Positions 1 to 9,210 of a stretch of DNA of 64,000 nt are shown here, piece after piece. Under the pieces are notes generated by a model, which was not told the DNA's origin, did not search any database, and saw only the letters and a program-made list of their open reading frames with translations. Each line of letters opens with the position of its first letter. Position 1 is the stretch's first letter. Both the position numbers and the translations under genes were made by a program. Source of the DNA: Takakia lepidozioides. Its lineage: Eukaryota > Plantae > Bryophyta. Where the stretch lies: assembly GCA_030704615.1 (NCBI GenBank), contig CM060731.1, forward strand, positions 52,700,001 through 52,764,000, written 5' to 3'.

Positions 1-943
1 AAGCTCGAACTCGGCTCACATCCGTGGGGCGTGGAACCTGTGCAATGGACTCTACCTTAGTCTGCTGTACCCCCAATCCTCCAGGATATATCATGTGACC
101 CAGATACTCAATCTGGTTGTGGAAAAACTTGCACTTGCCCCGATGTAACTTCAATCCGTGCGTCCTCAAGCGCTCAAATACCCCCTGAAGGTGTCTCTCA
201 TGCTCCTCCACCGTAGCACTAAAGATGATGATGTCATCTATGTAGCACCGAGCAAACTCCACCCCTGCTAGAATCCTGTCCATGACTCTTTGAAACTCAG
301 CGGGAGCGTTTTTAAGCCCAAATGGTAAGAACCGCCACTGGTATAGGCAATCCTTCCCGTGCTCATTGATCCCCCAGAATGCCGTCTTTTGCTTATCCGC
401 CTCCTTGATCGGCAACTGGTGATATCCGGATCGTAAATCCAACGTGCTAAAGACCTTGGAATGCCCAATGGCATCAAAGATCTCCTCTGGTGTTGGCATG
501 GCATACCTATCGGACTTGGTCTGACGATTTACAGGCCGGTAATCACCGCACATACGTCTCTCCGTCCAATTGCCATAGACATCCTTCTTAGCTGGCATCA
601 CTGTGGCTGAAGCATACTCTCCACCAGAGAGCTCCACCAAACCTGCCTCCCAGAGATCTTGAGTCCTCATCTGAATCAAAGACCTCTCCATGTCACTGTA
701 TCTATAGGGTCTCCGAAAGATTGGCGTGTCAGTGGCCAACTCAATACGGATCTCTTGACCCTTCAGTGCTCCCAAGTCCTTCAAACTGAAGGCAAAGCAA
801 TTCCTGTAAGCCCTCAGGAACCGCCGTATACGTCGTCTCTCTCCTCCGGTGACAATGGGTCCAATATCAGGCTCCCAATTGTCCTCCGTAACTGCAACCT
901 TAAGTCCAGTGGGCTTAGAGGTAGAGGACGCGTCCCGTGGTTG
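1..943 (-). CDS. Gypsy reverse transcriptase (partial), in frame with the upstream protease-DNMT ORF after a TAG
   Basis: Manual translation after the TAG at 944-946 is open: QPRDASST...FLRAYRNCFAFSLKDL...MCGDYRPVN...LDLRSGYHQ...LPFGLKNAPAEFQR...CYIDD...EYLGH. Confidence 0.93.
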
Positions 944-3586
944 CTATGCTGCAACCTCTTGAGCAGTACCCCCTTCCTGCTCAGTCAATGACAAGGCCTC
1001 ATCCTGCCCCATCATCTCATCATTGAGAACCTCCTCATCCCGAGAAGAATCCCCAACCTCATCCATCACAGCTGCCTTCGCTGCCAACTCCCTCTGAACC
1101 TCGAGCACCTCCCACATGTGCCATGGATGTCTACACCTCGTGGTCCTCACCGGCTCGCCCCCACTCGCTGCCTGTACCGTCTTGGTAGGCAGAGAGACCA
1201 TCAAGGGAAGTGCGCTCCGCACTCTACGTTGCTCAGCCATAGCCAAGCTGACAATCCAGGTCAAGCAATTGAGATCCATTGCTTGCCCCAACACCTGACG
1301 ACGTGATGCCTCAGAAAGGGAAGGCACCGCCGTGGTCCCAGTGGAAAACCCCATAGCCCGCTCTCGTTCGTCGGCATTAGGCTCCACTAACTGCTGCAAC
1401 TGAGCATCCCACAGGAGGCCAGGTCCACCATCCCGAAAAGCATGGGATCCTGGGAAGCTGAGCAGTGTAGGTAATGCTGCTCGTGGTTGACCCACTCTGT
1501 TGACCACTGCCAAAGGTGAACGGTCATCGTGTCTCACACGTTGAGACTGCCTTCCTGTGTCCAAAATGCCATCCACGGTGAGGTGTGCTGGCCGCTGCAC
1601 CCCATCAAATGCACGCTTGAGCAGTGCGGGTGGCATCAAGTTAGTCCACCATAGTCGTGGACGATGAGCCCGTGACCCCACTGCAGCTGCATCCAGCAAT
1701 ACTGCTGACCCAAGCCACGACCGGACTTGATGCACACTGGCCATCACCCTGGCCCGAGAATCACCCATCAGTGGCACATTCTCCAAGATGTATGCTGGAA
1801 ATACAGCTTGATGAAGCTGCAAGTGGCGCAAAACCCGCACCATCTCCCAAAATAGACCCGTCCTCGAGTCTCGCAATCCATTGCCATGCCCGGCTGATGA
1901 ATGCCCTTGGCAGGGCCAACCTGCCACTACCAGATCAATGGAGCCAACCCGCTCCAAATCCTGCGCCCCCAGCAACGAAATGTCTGCTGGCAAGGCCTGC
2001 TGATATCCACGAACTGCAGACACCTGCAACAACTCAGGGTGCTGCTGCACCATCTGAGCAACATGGCGCAGTGAGACGCGTTGTGCAGTCTCATCCCTCT
2101 CCACATACAGGTAACGTCGAACTCGTACACCTGCCTGCAGCACTGCAGCCAATCCAGTGCTGATCCCGCCAAATAAGTCCAGAAGGCATATGCCTTCATC
2201 CGGTCGCTGCCACACAAGAGGTGTGGTGTCCAATGGCGACAACTGAGGTGGTTCTGGTACAATCACCGCACTCTCCTCCTCTCCTGACGGTACAAAAGCT
2301 TCTACCCAAGCTTGTTGCACCCGTCCATCAGCAGCGTGCTGCAAATCCTTGCTCGTACCCCACAACGGAGTGTGAGCAACCATGGCAGGCAACTCCGCCG
2401 TACCATGCATGTCATCCTGCTCTGCTGGAGGTGGCACATCCTCTGCATAGGCATTGCCTTCCAGCAACTCTCCAGGCGAGCTGACTGCAGCTGTGAAGGT
2501 GGCTAGTGTTGGCATCTTGCCCCGCTGAGCAGCTGCAATACCCCCAATGAATGTCACAGGGAGCTGTGCACGGCGACCATCCCCTGACTGCCATCCAGGC
2601 CTGTAGGATGCTGACTCCTCCCAGAAATCCAGGGTGAAGCCCATGGGGTATAACACTGCCCCACCAACGAGGACATCGTAAGAGACCGCGTCTGTCACAA
2701 TGGCCTTGGCTCGCATCACTGAGCCATCTACAGGATGATCCGGCTGCAGTCTAATAGCCAACTTATGCCGTGTCATGCCCCGAGCCTGCTCTGATCCTCC
2801 CAGAGATGTCTGTATCTGGAAAGGACAAGGCTCCATATCCGCCTCCATGAGGCCCAAACCTGCAATAGCAGCTCTGCCCAACATCAGTGGCTGAGCTCCT
2901 GAGTCCAACAAGACCCGCAGTGGCCGGTACTTCTTGCCTGTCGGTCCACTCAAAGTGAAAATGCCTCCCTGGTTGTCTAACAAGACAACTCCAGATGTCA
3001 CCGTGGCGCGCTCAAAGGCTGGCCTGGCTGGCAGCTCCGTCAATCTGGCAGCTGCAGCTTGCCAGGGCGCTGCCGTGGCAGTCTTGACCCTCAAATCCGA
3101 GGATCCCTCTGCCACTACACCTTCCACTAACTCCGCAGAAGATGAAGTGACCTCCCCACTCTCGCAGAGTGTTGCTGCTAATCTGAAGACTGCAGCTCGT
3201 CTCACTCCCGGCGTCGCAATCATGGTTGCCGAGAACAGTGGGGCTTGACACACAGAGGTGGCTGCCCCCAACAACACACCGGCCGCACTAGCCTTGGCAG
3301 CAGGAGTCAATGCTGCACGTGTAGCTCTCCCCAATGGCATAGTAACCTCCGCCTCGGTAACAGTCGGGCGAGAACTAGGTGCCATGGATGGCGTTGACAC
3401 TGTCTCCGCCAAGGTGAATGACTGAGGCAGCCTTGCCTGACGGCTTGCCTCCCCACGTTGTGGATCCAACTCCACCTCTGCACCTCGTGGCTCAGGAGCT
3501 CGTGCTGCTCCTCCAGTCACGGCTGCAGCAGACTCCACCTGCACTAGTGGTAGTGCTGCTCCGCACATGAATCCCATGCCTCCCAT
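944..3586 (-). CDS. Aspartic protease + C5 cytosine DNA methyltransferase (DNMT3-like) polyprotein segment
   Basis: Protease LLDSGAQ...DVLVGG (~2650-2915). MTase (~1250-2195): I LDLFGGIS, II YVERD, IV VAGWPCQG, V DSRTGLF, VI ILENVP, VIII AHRPRLWWTN, IX ERERAMGF, X RRQVLGQAM. Confidence 0.93.
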   Translation of the reverse strand: MGGMGFMCGAALPLVQVESAAAVTGGAARAPEPRGAEVELDPQRGEASRQARLPQSFTLAETVSTPSMAPSSRPTVTEAEVTMPLGRATRAALTPAAKASAAGVLLGAATSVCQAPLFSATMIATPGVRRAAVFRLAATLCESGEVTSSSAELVEGVVAEGSSDLRVKTATAAPWQAAAARLTELPARPAFERATVTSGVVLLDNQGGIFTLSGPTGKKYRPLRVLLDSGAQPLMLGRAAIAGLGLMEADMEPCPFQIQTSLGGSEQARGMTRHKLAIRLQPDHPVDGSVMRAKAIVTDAVSYDVLVGGAVLYPMGFTLDFWEESASYRPGWQSGDGRRAQLPVTFIGGIAAAQRGKMPTLATFTAAVSSPGELLEGNAYAEDVPPPAEQDDMHGTAELPAMVAHTPLWGTSKDLQHAADGRVQQAWVEAFVPSGEEESAVIVPEPPQLSPLDTTPLVWQRPDEGICLLDLFGGISTGLAAVLQAGVRVRRYLYVERDETAQRVSLRHVAQMVQQHPELLQVSAVRGYQQALPADISLLGAQDLERVGSIDLVVAGWPCQGHSSAGHGNGLRDSRTGLFWEMVRVLRHLQLHQAVFPAYILENVPLMGDSRARVMASVHQVRSWLGSAVLLDAAAVGSRAHRPRLWWTNLMPPALLKRAFDGVQRPAHLTVDGILDTGRQSQRVRHDDRSPLAVVNRVGQPRAALPTLLSFPGSHAFRDGGPGLLWDAQLQQLVEPNADERERAMGFSTGTTAVPSLSEASRRQVLGQAMDLNCLTWIVSLAMAEQRRVRSALPLMVSLPTKTVQAASGGEPVRTTRCRHPWHMWEVLEVQRELAAKAAVMDEVGDSSRDEEVLNDEMMGQDEALSLTEQEGGTAQEVAA

Positions 3587-3596
3587 ATCTCCTCCA

Positions 3597-5147
3597 TCAG
3601 GAGCAGGAGGTGGACCATCCCGCCTGGGAGCCGGTACCGCCTGAGCTATAGCTATTTGCAGCGAGCCTCTGCTCTAGCTGCTGAAGCCGGTTGGCCATGC
3701 CTTGGTCAACACCCTGACCACCGCGTCCTTGGCTATGTTGAGCTTGCCCTTGGCCTGCACCTCGTGCCCGACCACCTCGTCCTCTGTGGGCTGGTCCACC
3801 TCGCCCCCGGCCACCATTGTTCCCTTGGAATTGGCCTGGGCGCAACTCAGGATGCAAGTCATAACACTGGGCATCTCCATGCCCATACTTGCCACAATGC
3901 CCACACTGCAACTGTGCAGGCTGTGCTTGTGCCGGCCTTCTGCCACTCTCTGGGCAATCTCTCTTGACATAAGGTCCTCCACATGTCCAACATATCACCC
4001 CTGGTTGCTGTTGGCCTGCAAAAGATGCCACGGGCCTTTGCACCTGAGGCCCCCTGTAAGCTCCATAGAACTTGGGCTGGGCAACCTTGCCCCCCTGACC
4101 ACGCTGTTGGGCAGTCCCTTGTGCTTGTGGGCTGACAACTGTGCCCCGTACAGGCATGTCCTTGCCAAATCCAATTGTAACAACTCGTTCCTCCACCATG
4201 TTGAGCTCAATCCGCTCAGCCAGCAGAAACACATCTGCTAATGTGGGTTGGGCTGCTTGTAACAAGGTTGCATCTCGCACCCTTCTCTTGAGCTCCTTGT
4301 CCAGAATTCCATACCAAAACTGGATTGCCTGAGCTTCAGTAACCCCTTGGATCACACTTATCAAGCGCCTCATACGAGTGTACGCCTCTCGCAGGCTCTC
4401 ACTGGGTTTGCGCTGGAAGTCTTGCAAACTTCGCAGCTTCTCTGTCCGTACACCTTGGTAGTTCCTCCGCAACTCCTGGAAGAACTCCACCACCGGGTTG
4501 AATCTTGGCAAATGTGTTGTAGTCGTGGCAGGAGAAGTAGTAGCACCTTTTGAACTGGTACCACCTTCAGAAGTACCAGCACTACTTGCTCCACTACTAG
4601 TGCTGGCAGTGGAAACTATTGATACTGATGCAGCTACTGGTCGCGTCGTGCCTCGAGTAATGGAGACGTAGTCAGGTGACCAATACATCCTCCACTCCTC
4701 AATCTCTGCTTCATGTCCTCGCCTGAACTCGTGGTAATCATCCATAGGCGGGCCTTCCAAATGCTGGAACAGTCCCTTCCACGCCATGAATGGGGTGAAT
4801 AGTTGTGGATTGCGCATCTGCTGCAAATCACACCAGCTGTCGAACTCCTGGATAAAGTCATCCAACTCGATTGTGCCCACAGCTCCAGAGTACCTACGAG
4901 GCCCCTTGGTAGCTCCATACATCACCTCCATGTCGTCCCACAACAATGGCGAATGAAAGTGCACACCTGTTGATGAAGCCTCCGAGTCTGTGTCTGACGC
5001 TACAGTAGTTGAGGGTGGCGGTGAAGGTGGTCTGAACCGAATACCTCGTCTTGTGACCCCACTCTCACTGTCACTGCTTGTAGCCGTACTCCCCTCAAAA
5101 CCCTTGGGTAACTCCGTAATGACACTCACAATGTGCACCTCCTCCAC
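3597..5147 (-). CDS. Gag (capsid region, two zinc knuckles, RGG-rich tail); joined to the protease-DNMT ORF if a 1-nt insertion at ~3655 is removed
   Basis: FQRKPSESLREAYTR gag motif; CWTCGGPYVKRDC and CGHCGKYGHGDAQC knuckles. In copy 2 (41846-42076) the same region reads through without a frameshift into MGGMGFMCGAAL. Confidence 0.88.
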   Translation of the reverse strand: MEEVHIVSVITELPKGFEGSTATSSDSESGVTRRGIRFRPPSPPPSTTVASDTDSEASSTGVHFHSPLLWDDMEVMYGATKGPRRYSGAVGTIELDDFIQEFDSWCDLQQMRNPQLFTPFMAWKGLFQHLEGPPMDDYHEFRRGHEAEIEEWRMYWSPDYVSITRGTTRPVAASVSIVSTASTSSGASSAGTSEGGTSSKGATTSPATTTTHLPRFNPVVEFFQELRRNYQGVRTEKLRSLQDFQRKPSESLREAYTRMRRLISVIQGVTEAQAIQFWYGILDKELKRRVRDATLLQAAQPTLADVFLLAERIELNMVEERVVTIGFGKDMPVRGTVVSPQAQGTAQQRGQGGKVAQPKFYGAYRGPQVQRPVASFAGQQQPGVICWTCGGPYVKRDCPESGRRPAQAQPAQLQCGHCGKYGHGDAQCYDLHPELRPGQFQGNNGGRGRGGPAHRGRGGRARGAGQGQAQHSQGRGGQGVDQGMANRLQQLEQRLAANSYSSGGTGSQAGWSTSCS

Positions 5148-5287
5148 GTGACACTATAAGGCTCTAGTACTAATCTAATAGTGACACGGGTGGGCACCTG
5201 TTGCAGTCTAAGGGTCATATCCCAATGGCTCAGGGCACCTGCACCTGCATCCACCGCAAGAACTCGTATGGTTGGCTGGTCATCAAC

Positions 5288-5393
5288 CCAGCCTCACCAT
5301 AGAAGAAACACTGGTGGTCTTGCTGGTCATCACTCCAGCCTCACCATAGAAGAAACACTGGTGGTCTTGCTGGTCATCACTCCAGCCTCACCA
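5288..5393. repeat. 47-bp tandem duplication in the leader between the 249-aa ORF and gag
   Basis: CCAGCCTCACCATAGAAGAAACACTGGTGGTCTTGCTGGTCATCACT at 5288 and 5335, partial third at 5382; copy 2 (~40455-40515) has a single unit. Confidence 0.9.
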
Positions 5394-5713
5394 CCGACAG
5401 CATACTCTAGGATTGACCGGTGATCAAATCCGGCCTAATCCCTATGAAAGCAAGCGCCCACACAAAACCAACATGGCGCACAGTCAAGCATGCAGGTGTT
5501 GGGGGGGATCCAAACACAAGAAATCAAAACATCAACACCCCCACACCAAAATCCAGCAGCAACGCTGATCCTGCAGAATATCCCAGCCCAAAACCCCGGA
5601 CTGACTGGCCTCCACCAAGAGAGGCTTTGGCAACTACAAGTACAAGGTAATGAAAATAGTACAGAGATGGAGGGGAAGAATAGAAGCCCGACCAAGCAAG
5701 ATCTAATCCTGAT

Positions 5714-6463
5714 CTATGCTATCAACTGCCAGACTTCTCTCAAAGTGCCTCGCTCTGCATGATGGTAAGGTGTAGGAGGTATATCTATGTCCAGAAACCT
5801 GCCACTAACCTTGTCCCAAGCTACAGTAGCTCGCTCTAACCAACCCTCCTCCTCTTTCTGCCAGATAGAGACAAAGCAATACTCCCCTATCTCCCGCTCA
5901 CTGAACACTAAAGAAAACAAAGGTAGGGTCTGATAGTCTCTCAACTCGAAAGCTTTGAGACGGTTGCGGGTGTCCTCATTGCGAATGACTGCATCTCCTT
6001 CACGCACAACAAACATGTCATTGCTGATGAACCCCCGCTCGTGGTTGCCCTGTGCAGAGCGTATCCGGCTGCAACCATGTCTGATTGCACAAACTTGTGT
6101 AGCTCCTGCTCCTCTGCTCCAGTACACCACGGCCTTGTGGCTGAACACCTTGGTCCCCGGGGCTGTCTTTGGCTGTGTTCCAAGCCTAGCTTCCACCCAC
6201 TTTGGTATTTCACCTACAGTTGCAGAACTGCTGGCTCCAACAGAGTTCTGACTGTCCAAGGCGATATTGAGGCCCTCAATGCCAACTACAGCAGTCTGTT
6301 GTCTACTGTTAATGCCTGACTCCCAGTATGCAATCAACTCGTCCAACTGTTCTCCACTCAAATCAGTCTGAGTTCCTTGGGAAACATAAATCTCGTCCCC
6401 TTTGGTACACAGGCTAAGAGAAGAGACCTGCCCTTCAACGACGTCCTCATTTCCCCCAGCCAT
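5714..6463 (-). CDS. Accessory 249-aa ORF of unknown function upstream of gag (copy 1)
   Basis: ATG-started, intact, same length and very similar to 33528..34277. Confidence 0.75.
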   Translation of the reverse strand: MAGGNEDVVEGQVSSLSLCTKGDEIYVSQGTQTDLSGEQLDELIAYWESGINSRQQTAVVGIEGLNIALDSQNSVGASSSATVGEIPKWVEARLGTQPKTAPGTKVFSHKAVVYWSRGAGATQVCAIRHGCSRIRSAQGNHERGFISNDMFVVREGDAVIRNEDTRNRLKAFELRDYQTLPLFSLVFSEREIGEYCFVSIWQKEEEGWLERATVAWDKVSGRFLDIDIPPTPYHHAERGTLREVWQLIA

Positions 6464-7524
6464 ACAAGGAGTACATCCACAGATTTGTCTCTAATATAGA
6501 CCAGCACAGGTTCTAGAGACAGGATTGTGGATCTTTCATGGCACACTCACACTCTAAAATTTCCATAGATTTTTAGCAGAGTCCCAAAAACAGAAACCAG
6601 GTCTAGATAGGTAGATTTCCCCTTTCTGCAGCTATCCCCTCAAAAACTGAGTCAAACGGAGCTCATTTGACAAAGATATGACCAACCAGGCTCTTTAAAC
6701 ATTTAAATTAGATCAAAAAGGCTCTGTTTTTTTTTTTTTTTAACACCAAAACGCTTTTGTCATTACAACCTGTTCCCAGGTTATCTACGAGTTCCCGAGG
6801 TCGTTCCCCTCCAGGATTCTCCAGGCACCAAGAGCTCGTTAATTCCAACACTCGACCTCAGTTGGGTGGGGTATCACGATTTGCTTTTCTCTGCGCGTGG
6901 GCCTGCCTCCTCGAGACCTAGAGACTGCAAACCAGCGAGTGGGGCGATTTCAAGAGTAGATGCACTGCGCAGCACCTTCATGGCTTATGGACAGGCGGCC
7001 TGCTGTGATGTGGCCGTCTTTGCATGGAATCCAAAGCCAAGACCAGCTTGAAGTTCCATCAACTTGGTCTAATTCGCATCTCTCATGTTTTCCTGCAACG
7101 GCATTGACGCCCACAATTTCCAGGGCTTGCACTGAAGCATTTCTAAGCTGTTCTTAGGCCACTAACACACCCTGTGTAGCTGCAGAAATTGTTCCCACGG
7201 GACCCTATAGCTTCACCTGTAAGGCTGCTCAACGCCTGAGCTTAGAGTATGGTTGGATCACTTGCTCATTAAAGGCCCACAGGATCTCTACAAAAGGACC
7301 CCAGCCTGACCACCACCTGCTTGTGCCAGCTTGTTCAAAGATTTGCCCAGGTACTTTCCTTGTCTCTCAGCAACACTCTTCGTTTGCGGTAGGGCTTCCA
7401 TTAGTAACTGGATCAACTGCCAAGCTTCCACCAGGGCACTTCTTCACAGGTAAGGAGTGGACAAAGGAAGAAGATCCAACACCCATTGATCAACCAGCAG
7501 CCCGTATAGCACCTCCGTCTAGCG

Positions 7525-7650
7525 CCACTGACTTCAACAGCAGGCTCAGCAGGCTTTGTCCATAGAGAATGTTCAATAGTTCAAACAGCTCAGCATCACT
7601 GGCCAGCTCCAGTACAGAGTGTAGCTCTGGATCAAATGCAGCTCCTAGCA
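7525..7650 (-). pseudogene. Captured fragment resembling plant YaaW/UPF0174-like protein
   Basis: Minus-strand translation AFDPELHSVLELASDAELFELLNILYGQSLLSLLLKS resembles the EL..VLELATDEEL..L..IL N-terminus of that family (recalled, not searched). Confidence 0.5.
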
Positions 7651-7774
7651 CTGACTCTTTGCCAGTAAGCAGGTATATCTCTGCTGCTTTCTTGTCATGT
7701 TGTAAACAGCCTTGGAAGGTTTCAGACTTGGGGGAGTTTCAGACCTTGAGCTGGTCCACCTGTGACTTCTCGAC

Positions 7775-8132
7775 CTGGATGAATAGTTGTACGCTTCAGT
7801 CTGTGCTGGGTCAGCTGGATTTGGGCATCTAGCAGCTCCTGGATGCCAACCAGAATTTGTTTCACGGTGATGGCTGGTCTCCACCCAGAGTCCTCATTGA
7901 GGATAGAGAGGCACACTGTGCCTGACGGATACAGGTTCGGGTGAAAGAAGCCTACGGGAAACTTGCACTTGGGTGGCTTACTGGGATAGTCCTCGCTGAA
8001 ATGGATTGCAGTTGGGTAGAATCCCCCTTCCCAATCAGTCCCAGCTTTGCCAGGTAAAGTGCACTGCCAGATCATGAGATTGAGAGACCCGTCCGTCCCA
8101 GCCTCTGGCCTTGCCACAAAACCCTCGGGATG
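7775..8132 (-). pseudogene. SCE1: Intronless fragment of SUMO-conjugating enzyme (Ubc9/SCE1)
   Basis: GFVARPE...[20 protein letters not shown]...[54 protein letters not shown], then after a frameshift [12 protein letters not shown]. The N-terminus is missing. Confidence 0.92.
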
Positions 8133-8671
8133 ATATTGAAGAGCATAAATTCCAGCAGCGCTGTTCTCAATGGCAGCAATGTTGCCCTGCAAACTGGTGG
8201 CTACGACGTGAAAGCCTGGTGAACGTTAACTGCCTCATCACCATGACTCATCCACACGACCGGGTTTGAGAAGCTCTCTGCATCACCATATAGTTTACTA
8301 TCCTTCACAGCAGCTATTTACATGCGCCCATACTCTTGGCTCTCCGCCTGCTTGACCTCTCCTCCCAGCACTTTGACAATAAGGTGCAGCCCGTAAAACG
8401 CCAGGCACTACGATCCCATGATTCCTTGTGTACTCGAAGAAGCCATCAGGCACAGTTGGAGAGCCCTCTTCATGGACAGAACGGGGTCCACCTGAGAGAA
8501 TTATAACGGAGGGATTGAGCCCCTGAATGGCTTCCAAGGGGGTACCAGCAGGTAAGCAAAAGGGGCAAATAGAGAACTGTTGGACACGACGGTGATAAGA
8601 TGCGTATACTGCGATCCGAAGTCCAGCATCAGCACCACATTCCCTCAATGCCTGTCCGCTGCCTTCTCCAT
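8127..8671 (-). pseudogene. Intronless fragment of GMP synthase glutamine amidotransferase domain
   Basis: LDFGSQYTHLI, IILSGGPRSVHEEGSP, VWMSHGD and YALQYHPE motifs, with frameshifts and stops. Confidence 0.88.
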
Positions 8672-8789
8672 CTCTGCAACCTTCTCCTTCTCCCTCTAAT
8701 GGACTGTACAGCACCTATGCTCTTGCGCACAGACCAGCGAAACAGCAAGGCCAGATGGACTCCCGCCCCAAGATATATATTATAATAAT

Positions 8790-9210
8790 GCTAAAACAAA
8801 CATTGTATCTAGCTTAGCACCAGCACACTAGATAACGGTCATCTCTCTCGAGTGATAAACAAACTTGTAAAGGACACACACTCTCAACACAAGAAATATG
8901 CAATCCCTCAAGATCACTCTTTAAAATAGAAGTCGAGCCAGGGGCACCCCAAGCTATGGGGACTCCACCCCACAACAACCTACACTCCCATCATAAGCAC
9001 ACTCAGTCCTCAACAATGCAGGAGCTCGGTCGCGCAGGCTCAACTCGAGAGAGATGAGCTGCGCGACTGCCGCTCTCGTGAAGATAAGACAGACCAGGTG
9101 TCAAAACTAAACTTGACACCTGATTTAACACTTGACCTAAATCCAAGTGTTAAATACAAATAACTAGTTTTATTCTAGCTGTTTTCACACTGTGCTTATT
9201 TAACTTGACA
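8790..9210 (-). repeat. LTR-like terminal module with tandem hairpins (copy 1)
   Basis: Similar to 47820-48028 + 59487-59691. Both copies end exactly at ...AACTTGACA (TGTCAAGTT on minus). Confidence 0.75.

Larger units (their letters stand above)
1..9210 (-). mobile_element. Ty3/Gypsy LTR retrotransposon carrying a cytosine DNA methyltransferase, copy 1 (3' part outside the window)
   Basis: Minus-strand order: TG-starting terminal module (9210), host cDNA fragments, 249-aa ORF, gag, protease-DNMT, RT. Colinear and highly similar to copy 2 over ~1-6686 vs ~33318-45620. Including 6700-9210 in the element is inferred from the same layout in the restored copy 2. Confidence 0.8.

Noticed and set aside
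810-860. Alternative frame (LSPEERDDVY) implying a ribosomal frameshift before RT
   Set aside because: Synonymous differences between copies favour the frame continuous with the DNMT ORF, and I see no slippery heptamer.
1250-2195. DNMT as a bacterial restriction-modification gene or contamination
   Set aside because: It is embedded in frame between Gypsy protease and RT in two copies within plant TE sequence.
7722-8714. Functional SCE1 or GMP synthase genes
   Set aside because: They are truncated, frameshifted and fused, so they are treated as captured fragments.
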